Assembly (NCBI GenBank): GCA_001790095.1
Contig: MGBH01000001.1
Location: forward strand, 990,001 to 1,022,000
Direction of reading: 5' to 3'
Source of the DNA: Candidatus Saccharimonadota bacterium
GTDB taxonomy: Bacteria > Patescibacteriota > Microgenomatia > UBA1406 > GWC2-37-13
DNA: 32,000 nucleotides
Below, in pieces: positions 8,525 through 15,877 of this stretch. The translations under genes were made by a program, and so were the position numbers. Numbering within the stretch: position 1 is the stretch's first letter; the number at the start of each line of letters is the position of its first letter. The notes under the pieces are model-generated. The model searched no databases. It saw only the letters and a list, made by a program, of their open reading frames with translations, and was not told the DNA's origin.

Positions 8525-9475
8525 TTATAAAAATGTTAAATATTTCTCTATCTCTTTTTTGCTCCCCAACACAATCGGCACCCTCTGGGTCAAGTTCTGG
8601 GGCTCTATATCAAGCGGACTTTTACCCTGTGATGATACGGCCGATCCACCAGCCTGCTCAATAAGATATGACATCGGATTTACCTCATACATAAGTCGTA
8701 ACTTTCCTGTCGGGCGTTTTTTATTTGCGGGATTCATAAAAATCCCACCCTTTAAAAGGGTGCGATGCACATCAGCCACCATTGATCCAACATAACGCGA
8801 TTGATATGGTTTCTCTTCCTTTTTAATACTGGTCAAATAACGCTGCATGCTGTCTTCAAACAGTTCGACATTGCCATCGTTGATGGAATAATAATTCTTT
8901 GTTTCGGGCACTCTTATATTTTCATGCGAATGAAGAAAGCTACCAATCGTTGGATCAAGAGTAAACCCGTGTACTCCTTGGCCTGAAGAGTAGACGAACA
9001 TGACGCTTGACCCATATAAGACATATCCTGCGGCAACCTGCTTTCTCCCTTCTTGCAAAACGTCGCCTTTGTTTTGATAAATGGAAAAGATCGTACCAAT
9101 GTTAATATTTACATCAATGTTGGAAGAGCCATCAAGAGGATCAAAGAATACGTTGTATTTACCTTTTTTATCAACACATACCGGCTCTTCTTTTTCCTCG
9201 CTTGCAACATACCCTACCTGCCCGCTGTCTTTGAGCATATCAAATAAGAGTTTGTCTGAAAAATCATCCAGTTTCATAACCTCTTCATCATAAGCATTTG
9301 TTGCTCCTGTCTTGCCGAGAATATCTACTAATCCTGATCGTTTCACATGGCTTGCGATGATTTTTACTGCGTTTTCTATGTGGGTCAAAAGAAGAGTGAA
9401 GGAACCTGTTGCGTGGGGATTTTTTTTCTCCTGAGCTACGACAAATTCTGTTAGGGTTGTAATATGTCTATACAT
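8525..9475 (-). CDS. fbp: class 1 fructose-1,6-bisphosphatase
   Basis: 316 aa. 'FFDPLDGSSNIDVN' metal-binding motif, 'GYVASEE', C-terminal 'RLMYEVNPMSYLIEQAGG'. The start overlaps the fba stop by 8 nt. Confidence 0.9.
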   Translation of the reverse strand: MYRHITTLTEFVVAQEKKNPHATGSFTLLLTHIENAVKIIASHVKRSGLVDILGKTGATNAYDEEVMKLDDFSDKLLFDMLKDSGQVGYVASEEKEEPVCVDKKGKYNVFFDPLDGSSNIDVNINIGTIFSIYQNKGDVLQEGRKQVAAGYVLYGSSVMFVYSSGQGVHGFTLDPTIGSFLHSHENIRVPETKNYYSINDGNVELFEDSMQRYLTSIKKEEKPYQSRYVGSMVADVHRTLLKGGIFMNPANKKRPTGKLRLMYEVNPMSYLIEQAGGSAVSSQGKSPLDIEPQNLTQRVPIVLGSKKEIEKYLTFL

Positions 9476-10697
9476 AGGATTGGATTTTTTCTTTTGTTTG
9501 TAACACCTGGAGTTTGGTAAACATTGAGAGAAATTGTTTTTCTAGTGCCTCGCGAATCGGTTTTTTTTCTTCCTCGCTCAAACCCCATAACTCTTTTTTA
9601 AAGGGTCCGCATGCTTTTTTACGGGTTGTATATATAAATTGTTCATCGGTCTGTCCTTCTTTTCTCTCTTTAGCACAATTTTCTTTTAACCACGTATACG
9701 TCTTGTCTTTAAGGATCGTGGGTAAGTGTTCGTATATTGTATTTTGGAATCCGGTTGCCAAATGTATCTCAAGAGTCCTGGTCTCAGGGAATTTTCCGAA
9801 TAAAGCCTCGGGTAAAGTAGATGCGCCATGCTGTACTGCTCCACCGATAGCATACTCTTTCCTCCCCGCTTCACCAACCGTTTCAAGCACTCTAAAATCA
9901 AGTTTTACATCTGCAATTTTTCCATCGGGGAGTGGAATACCTCCGTGACTCGTTCCTGTCTGAACACTTACTTTACTGATTCCCCCCTTTGCCTTTGAAC
10001 TCTGTTTAAATCCGTTCATGAATGCCCTAAATTCTTCCACATTACTGTTTTTTCCGCCAATATGACCTATCTCTCCGCCGACTGAGACCATCACATTCAA
10101 AGGCTGTATTTGACGTATATAGTCGTGCAATAGCACGGTCATCTCATAATTATTTTTTTGTTGCTCATCGACCGTTGGTCGATCAAGGTCAACTAATGTT
10201 GAGGCATCAATGTCGATATTGTAGAACCCTGCCTCAACCGATGCTTTGACAAGCGTTTTAAGGGTATCAATTTCTTTTTGAGGATCGCTTGAATAAACGC
10301 TTCGTTTGAATTGATAGTGATCGCCTTGTAAAAAAACAGGGCCTTTATAGCTCTCTTTTATAGCCGCTGCCAACACTACAACCGCATATTCGTCTGGCTT
10401 TTGATCGGTATAGCTTTGCTCGCTACGTGCGATCTCCAAAATAAACGGGCCAATATTATTTTGGGTAACAAGTTTGAAGATAACTCGTGCGGTGTCGTAC
10501 GTCATAGCCCGTATATTTATGGCCGGCACTGTGAATCCACCCACCTTTCCTTGACCAATTGCGATATATAAATCATGAATTGAGGCAGGATAAATACCTT
10601 TTTCTTTTGCTAGACTGCGTATGCTATCTCGCGCCCCATTTTTTAACGTATCATCCGGAGAGAAAATCGCTTGATAAATGAGAGAGTCAATATCCAT
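9468..10697 (-). CDS. fba: class II fructose-bisphosphate aldolase family protein (long form)
   Basis: 409 aa. 'VPAINIR', 'LQGDH', 'IDIDAS', 'GEIGHIGG', 'TGTSHGG' and 'VQHGAST' occur in the order expected for class II aldolases. Confidence 0.8.
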   Translation of the reverse strand: MDIDSLIYQAIFSPDDTLKNGARDSIRSLAKEKGIYPASIHDLYIAIGQGKVGGFTVPAINIRAMTYDTARVIFKLVTQNNIGPFILEIARSEQSYTDQKPDEYAVVVLAAAIKESYKGPVFLQGDHYQFKRSVYSSDPQKEIDTLKTLVKASVEAGFYNIDIDASTLVDLDRPTVDEQQKNNYEMTVLLHDYIRQIQPLNVMVSVGGEIGHIGGKNSNVEEFRAFMNGFKQSSKAKGGISKVSVQTGTSHGGIPLPDGKIADVKLDFRVLETVGEAGRKEYAIGGAVQHGASTLPEALFGKFPETRTLEIHLATGFQNTIYEHLPTILKDKTYTWLKENCAKERKEGQTDEQFIYTTRKKACGPFKKELWGLSEEEKKPIREALEKQFLSMFTKLQVLQTKEKIQSYV

Positions 10698-10901
10698 AGG
10701 TGTTATGTTGCGAATTTATAACACTTACTCCCTCATTATGCCATATTTATAAGATTGTGCAAGTATGTAAGATTTATGTATCTTGTCGCCAAAGAACATG
10801 TATTTATTTGAATATAATTGCAAAATGCGACTTTTTATACGATCGCGTTGGTTTGCCCTGAGGGTGACGCGGTATAAAAAAACACATGAATAATTCCATC
10901 G

Positions 10902-10910
10902 TGTTATAAT
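10902..10910 (+). promoter_or_regulatory. extended -10 box (TGtTATAAT) 7 nt upstream of the HIT start codon
   Basis: tgttataat at 10902-10910 and ATG at 10918, with no Shine-Dalgarno sequence between them. Implies a leaderless or near-leaderless transcript. Confidence 0.4.
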
Positions 10911-10917
10911 ATACGGA

Positions 10918-11346
10918 ATGAAAGACTGTGTGTTTTGCAAAATAGTAACTGGGAAAATTCCAAGCTACAAGGTCTACGAGGATAACGATTTTATGGGATT
11001 TTTAGACATTGCTCCTCTTAATCCAGGAAACGTGCTTCTTATCCCCAAAACACACTACCACTGGGTGTACGATGCGCCAAATATGGGGAAGTATTTTGAA
11101 GTAGCAAGAAAAATAGGAATCGCCGCCCAAAAAGCCGTTGGGGCACACTCTATCAACTTTTTAACGCTTGGATACGAAGTACCTCATGCGCATATCCGTA
11201 TCATCCCCCGTTTTGATAATGATGGCCACACCGACGGTATTCGGCTAAGCGCAGTAAAAAAGATTGCACCAGATGAGATGAAAAAAATAGCAGAGCATAT
11301 TTTGAAGAATATCAAATCTCAAATGTCAAAAGTCAAATCTACATAG
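10918..11346 (+). CDS. HIT-family (histidine triad) nucleotide hydrolase/transferase
   Basis: 142 aa. 'CVFCKI' N-terminus and the histidine triad 'VPHAHIRIIP'. The last ~13 aa (KNIKSQMSKVKST) are encoded by the left arm of the heptamer hairpin. Confidence 0.85.
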   Translation: MKDCVFCKIVTGKIPSYKVYEDNDFMGFLDIAPLNPGNVLLIPKTHYHWVYDAPNMGKYFEVARKIGIAAQKAVGAHSINFLTLGYEVPHAHIRIIPRFDNDGHTDGIRLSAVKKIAPDEMKKIAEHILKNIKSQMSKVKST

Positions 11347-11410
11347 TAGATAACAAATATTTTATATTTGAAATGTCTATTTGAGATCTACCATTTGAAA
11401 TTTGACATAT
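11309..11410. terminator. long imperfect heptamer-repeat hairpin between convergent genes (candidate bidirectional terminator)
   Basis: Left arm is tcaaatc tcaaatg tcaaaag tcaaatc tacat. Right arm is atttgaaatgtctatttgagatctaccatttgaaatttgacat. It lies between the HIT gene (+) and the PilX-like gene (-), and overlaps both 3' ends. Confidence 0.45.
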
Positions 11411-12198
11411 TAAAACGTTGTCACAAAAAAGTCAGCTGGTATCTGCGGATAAGACTGAAACAGCTCTATTTTCTTCGTAACACCGGATGTGGTCTTTGCT
11501 TCAGAAGATATGGTCCTTCCTTGCGGCTTAAGAGCTGCTCCTTTAAATCCAAGTCTGCTTGGGCTGTTTACCACCCGAACTAGCAGGATTTTTTGCAAAG
11601 ATATACCGCTTAGAATAGTTTTATAGCCGAACTCAACGCCTTTGACAGTTTCTCCTGTCGGTGTCAGCGTAGTATCAGGATATGAAAAAATGGTATCACA
11701 ACTATTGGCAACATGTCTTGTCAAGGCATTGGTCGTATCAGCTATAAAAGTCAGCTCAAGAGCTGGACAGGTACTTTCTCCTTCTGTTTGTACGAATAAC
11801 TCAAGATTCCCACCTGACCAGGGATTGGAAAAAGTATTGGTCTCCTGATCATAATCGGTTAGATAAAACATATACTGCTCTCCCCGTTGTAAAAGAGGGG
11901 TGACAAACTCATCTCCGCCCCTTTCAATCACATCCGCCTGGCCTGTAATACCGGTTCCATCAAATGCAGGAAGCGAGCTTAAGGCTACTGTTGCTTTTGC
12001 CTGAATTGCTGCCTCAAGAGCAGCTTCAGCCGCAGCAAGGGCTTTTTGTGATTCCTCTTCTAGCTTGGTCATCTGGGTTTCGGTCGTTGAGGTAAAGGCA
12101 ATAGTCATCACAACCGTTATAGCAGTTGCCAACAACATGACGGTTATAAGTAATATTTGACCTTTTTGTTTAGCTTTTTTCATAAGTTTTTTTGTCAT
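11410..12198 (-). CDS. PilX-N-terminal-domain-like (type IV pilus minor-pilin-like) protein
   Basis: 262 aa. 'KGQILLITVMLLATAITVVMTIAFTSTTETQMT' followed by 'AAAEAALEAA' resembles the PilX_N pattern (R/K-G-x-x-L-hydrophobic helix, then ..AEaGl..). The ATG at 12198 lies inside repeat copy B. An alternative in-frame ATG is at 12183. Confidence 0.5.
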   Translation of the reverse strand: MTKKLMKKAKQKGQILLITVMLLATAITVVMTIAFTSTTETQMTKLEEESQKALAAAEAALEAAIQAKATVALSSLPAFDGTGITGQADVIERGGDEFVTPLLQRGEQYMFYLTDYDQETNTFSNPWSGGNLELFVQTEGESTCPALELTFIADTTNALTRHVANSCDTIFSYPDTTLTPTGETVKGVEFGYKTILSGISLQKILLVRVVNSPSRLGFKGAALKPQGRTISSEAKTTSGVTKKIELFQSYPQIPADFFVTTF

Positions 12199-12276
12199 TC
12201 CGGCGAAGGCCGGAATCTAGACTAAAATGTCAACTAATGTATTTATAGACTGGATCCCCGTCTTCACGGGGATGAC
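12194..12276 (-). repeat. 83-bp double-hairpin (MITE/REP-like) element, copy B (inverted relative to copy A)
   Basis: gtcattccggcgaaggccggaatctagactaaaatgtcaactaatgtatttatagactggatccccgtcttcacggggatgac. Differs from the reverse complement of 7315-7397 by a single base (caacTaatg versus caacCaatg). Located between the 1191-aa gene and the PilX-like gene. Confidence 0.9.
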
Positions 12277-12292
12277 AAATCGATATACAATT

Positions 12293-15200
12293 TTATTGTA
12301 TCTGTTTCCAATCATACATACTTATTGACAAATATGGCAACAAATCAAGATATTGACGTTGATCCATAGCGATAAACAATGATGGTCTTTGTAAATTTTG
12401 AAGTTGCCTTCCGTTTTCAAAGGTAGGCGTACCTGATTGATGAACAAGACCCCCTTTTATTTTAAGGGCAAGGTCTTCAGTATTGCCTGTTGTTACATTG
12501 TTGCCAATCAAAATCGCTTGCACCTCAGTGACAGTTGAGGAGATGGTAATATCTCTTGCAACGATCGCTATTGCAGCATTACCAACCGATGCGCTGTTTA
12601 AATCAATATTGATTCCAATCCTATTCTGATCAGCTACAAGAACAATTTTTTTGTTAACAAAATAAGATGAGTCGTTTATGTCTATGTCACTTCCCACATA
12701 ATAGATTCCATCTCCCACAATATCTGCAAGCTGCGTAATAGTCTTGTATTCCTTACGTGACTTCATATACTCTGCGTATTTTGTTGGAGTAAAGCTATGA
12801 AGCTGTATATAGGATGTGTTATACCAGTTAGGCTCTGAGTATTGAGTCGCATTTGGACCAAGTCTTAGATTGCCAGCACTTAAGATGCCACCTGCATTAT
12901 TCACAATAAGATATTTGTCAAGCGTATCGTCCGTATCTGAGTCTGTATATTTAAGCATGTTGTTGGGGATGATGCTTGACCTGCCAGATCTAAGATTGTC
13001 ATAAGAAACGTTACCCATCTTAAGCCACGATGAGGGAACAGAGAAAAATACAGGAATCGTTGGGACTACGCCGGGTGGCACAATGGGGGTTGGAGTAATA
13101 CTCCCTCCAAACGGTGTAGGGGTGGGAGGAAGCGGTGTTGCGGTTGGAATGGGTGTACTGGTTGGACTCACTTCTCCTGTTGGGATCGGAGTTAGAGTCG
13201 GACCGCCAGGAGTAACAGTTGGGATCGGAGTTAGAGTTGGACCGCCCGGAGTTATGGTTGGAGTCGGGGTCAGAGTTGGTCCGCCCGGAGTTATGGTTGG
13301 AGTCGGGGTCAGAGTTGGTCCGCCCGGAGTTATGGTTGGGGTTGGCGTTGATGTAGGGCCAACGGGTGTTGGAGTTAAAGTTGGCGTTGAAGTTGGAGCG
13401 TTAGTTGGGGTCGGTGTCAGAGTCGGACCGCCAGGAGTTATAGAAGGAGACGGAGTAGGACTCAAAAGACAGATTGTTATTATCTCAAGATACTCCCCTC
13501 CACATTGATTACTTTGACGCCAATCAACATTACCATAATCGCCATAAGTAGCAGAAAGAGTCATGTCAAAGCATGGCGGTATACAATCTCCTCCTTGATT
13601 ATCAACAATAAGGTTGCAACTATAGTTGGAGGGTGTTTTTGTACAAGTAGATGTGACACCAGGAGGTACGGTGACTTGTAGATCAAGCTGGTCCGGATCA
13701 ATATTCATACTTGTACTACAACTTGTACCTAAATCTTCAATATATTTTCCTTGGATATTGATAGTTGGATAGGGAGATGGAGTAGGTATGGTATAGATAG
13801 TAGTAGTCCAGCCTGAGGTATTGGTAAAACTATCCCGCGCCCTTACTCTCCCATAAAAAGTAGTTCCTCCTGGATATGATTGCTGAAGTGCCTGCTGTGT
13901 CGTATTGACCCAACTATTACTCCAACCTGAAGCAAGAGGACTATAGTCACTTTCTGTTGATACCTCTGATTGATATGGAAGAGCATTTAAACCACCACAT
14001 CCTCCATCGGTAGTTGTGTTCCATTTATAAGAGGCAAAATAATTTTCTCGGCAGTCAGGATCCGGATAAATGCTAACAAATGCTGCTCCACCTGGGGGAG
14101 TTGGAGCTGTTTGATCTATTGAAAGAGCGCGGCTTGGTGCAGGAATAGCAGGTGTCGTACATTTGATTGGAGCAGCTGTTGAACGTCCTCGTGCGCCCCA
14201 GTAATAAGTACCTGTACCAGTTACGCTACATGAGGCATAGCTAACAGGATTTGCGCTTGCAAGCCATCCGCTGTTACAACTCCACGGACTACCAAAACCA
14301 GTATCAGTATCTACTCCAAACTGTATCTGGTCTGAACAAGTATCATATGAGGCTGAAAGAGCGGGAATATTATTATAGCAACCTGATGCTGGCGACTGTC
14401 CGCTTACTCCACAGGTTGGAGCTATAAGATTATAGTTATATACTGTCGAACAGGTCTCTGCTGCTCCGTTTGAAGCACATATTTGAGCTGTCCCACTCCA
14501 TGCGCTTAGCGATATAGTATTATCCGTCCTTGCCGTATAGAGAATTCCTGTTTTTACTTCCACCCCGTTGATCAACAAACGGAATTGGTTGGTACGGGTT
14601 CCACATACGTATCCCCATCCTTGACTACACCCGTTGTTGTTATTGGGAAAGGTCCAGTCAACATCATACCGTTGAGTACAACCAGCCGCAGTATATAATG
14701 TCACTGAACTTACTACGGGTTGCAGGGGTGATGAATCAATACAGCAAGAACGTGAATCAGTTCCTCCACATGCAACTGAAGGAGAGCTACATGAACAAGC
14801 ACAGTTATTCTCAGCTCCAGGATTACAGGTTCGCTCTTCATTGCCGGTCCCACATGCAACACTACAAGAACCCCAGCTTCCCCAGCTTGCAGTACGGGTC
14901 GTACCAGCAGGAGTACATGTATCAACTCCTCCATTATAACCAGGTATCCATCCGCATGATGCACCAGTGCATCCGACATGCTGACCCGTACAGGTAAACC
15001 CAGCCCAGCTTGTTTGGCATCCGCTATACGGATAACTTTCTCCTGACTTTATACCCTGAAGAGCTTGTTCATAATAAGTGTCAGGACTTACGCTCACGTA
15101 GATGCTCGGTTGCGCCACCGGAGCAATAAACTGATCTCCTGCAGCGGGTGAATTCCAATCACCAAGTGGGCTTTTGTTTAATCGAACAGCGTATGCAGCA

Positions 15201-15868
15201 GCCCCAGCTAATGTATTCCAAGATATGGCAGCATTTGCTCCCCTTGTAGAACAGGAAACAACCACGTTGCTTGTACAGGGAAGTGGGGTTGGAGTGGGAG
15301 TGGATGTGGGGATGGGAGTAGATGTGGGGATGGGAGTGGATGTGGGGATGGGAGTAGATGTGGGGATGGGAGTAGAGCTGGGAGAAAAAACTGTAGGGAC
15401 GGGAGTAGAGCTGGGAGGAACTGTAGGAACTGGAGTATCTCCAGGCTCTTCAGTAGGACTCACACATGCATCACAACAACCAACTACCGAATTATCTCCC
15501 GATCCACCTATACATGGATAATAGGTACTATATTTAGTTGCACAATTACACAGTCCCCCTGGAACAGTTACTTCACAAACTGAAGAGCAAAGTATTGGAG
15601 AGTCACATCCATGAGTCACATTTGCACAATATCCAGTATCAACAGGCCCTATCCATTGACATGATTCGCAGCATATATCTCCAGGATGGTTCCAGCTATC
15701 ACCACTACAACTAGGTCCTCCTCCTACTCCACAATAACCCACTGGACAATCATAAGCAGCATGTAATAGTGTTGGTTTTATCACAAAAAAACTGAAAACA
15801 AATATGTTCACTATAATGAATAGCATTATTTGTTTATTGCTCTTGTTTTTAACACTTAAGATGTTCAT
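12293..15868 (-). CDS. large secreted/surface protein: Cys-rich N-terminal module, Pro/Thr tandem-repeat linkers, TSP1-like motif, unknown C-terminal domain
   Basis: 1191 aa. N-terminal anchor/signal 'IMLFIIVNIFVFSFFVI'. Dense Cys in residues ~40-135. (STPIPT)n and (TPTPTITPGGPTL)n repeats. 'SWGSWGSCSVACGTGNEERTC' at residues ~327-349. Confidence 0.6.
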   Translation of the reverse strand: MNILSVKNKSNKQIMLFIIVNIFVFSFFVIKPTLLHAAYDCPVGYCGVGGGPSCSGDSWNHPGDICCESCQWIGPVDTGYCANVTHGCDSPILCSSVCEVTVPGGLCNCATKYSTYYPCIGGSGDNSVVGCCDACVSPTEEPGDTPVPTVPPSSTPVPTVFSPSSTPIPTSTPIPTSTPIPTSTPIPTSTPTPTPLPCTSNVVVSCSTRGANAAISWNTLAGAAAYAVRLNKSPLGDWNSPAAGDQFIAPVAQPSIYVSVSPDTYYEQALQGIKSGESYPYSGCQTSWAGFTCTGQHVGCTGASCGWIPGYNGGVDTCTPAGTTRTASWGSWGSCSVACGTGNEERTCNPGAENNCACSCSSPSVACGGTDSRSCCIDSSPLQPVVSSVTLYTAAGCTQRYDVDWTFPNNNNGCSQGWGYVCGTRTNQFRLLINGVEVKTGILYTARTDNTISLSAWSGTAQICASNGAAETCSTVYNYNLIAPTCGVSGQSPASGCYNNIPALSASYDTCSDQIQFGVDTDTGFGSPWSCNSGWLASANPVSYASCSVTGTGTYYWGARGRSTAAPIKCTTPAIPAPSRALSIDQTAPTPPGGAAFVSIYPDPDCRENYFASYKWNTTTDGGCGGLNALPYQSEVSTESDYSPLASGWSNSWVNTTQQALQQSYPGGTTFYGRVRARDSFTNTSGWTTTIYTIPTPSPYPTINIQGKYIEDLGTSCSTSMNIDPDQLDLQVTVPPGVTSTCTKTPSNYSCNLIVDNQGGDCIPPCFDMTLSATYGDYGNVDWRQSNQCGGEYLEIITICLLSPTPSPSITPGGPTLTPTPTNAPTSTPTLTPTPVGPTSTPTPTITPGGPTLTPTPTITPGGPTLTPTPTITPGGPTLTPIPTVTPGGPTLTPIPTGEVSPTSTPIPTATPLPPTPTPFGGSITPTPIVPPGVVPTIPVFFSVPSSWLKMGNVSYDNLRSGRSSIIPNNMLKYTDSDTDDTLDKYLIVNNAGGILSAGNLRLGPNATQYSEPNWYNTSYIQLHSFTPTKYAEYMKSRKEYKTITQLADIVGDGIYYVGSDIDINDSSYFVNKKIVLVADQNRIGINIDLNSASVGNAAIAIVARDITISSTVTEVQAILIGNNVTTGNTEDLALKIKGGLVHQSGTPTFENGRQLQNLQRPSLFIAMDQRQYLDLLPYLSISMYDWKQIQ
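13188..13343 (-). repeat. 4 x 39-bp coding tandem repeat (TPTxTPGGPTLTP units)
   Basis: Units at 13188-13226, 13227-13265, 13266-13304 and 13305-13343. Units 3 and 4 are nearly identical. A partial further unit lies around 13408-13440. Confidence 0.85.
15296..15385 (-). repeat. about 4.5 x 18-bp coding tandem repeat (STPIPT units)
   Basis: gggagtRgatgtggggat repeated from 15296 (15296-15313, 15314-15331, 15332-15349, 15350-15367, then degenerate). Confidence 0.85.
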
Positions 15869-15877
15869 ATATTAAAT

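Noticed and set aside
10698-10917. Possible tRNA, ncRNA or small gene (track ORF 10725..10940) in the largest intergenic gap
   Set aside because: No cloverleaf-compatible stems or conserved tRNA boxes were seen, only short hairpins (gtgttat/ataacac at 10700-10728 and cgcgt/acgcg around 10845-10872). The region is best explained as a divergent promoter region for fba and the HIT gene. The 71-aa ORF overlaps the HIT start and has an implausible composition.
11368-11583. 71-aa plus-strand ORF starting inside the heptamer hairpin
   Set aside because: It begins in terminator-like repeat DNA and runs antisense to the 3' end of the PilX-like gene. No supporting signals were seen.
13083-13508. 141-aa 'GVGV...' ORF. 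The same applies to 15174..15521.
   Set aside because: These are mirror-strand translations of the Pro/Thr tandem repeats in the 1191-aa gene. Low-complexity Gly/Val runs are the expected antisense artefact.
13188-15385. A possible CRISPR array suggested by the regular 39-bp and 18-bp repeats
   Set aside because: The units are contiguous with no unique spacers. They lie inside a long ORF and translate to PT-rich peptide repeats.
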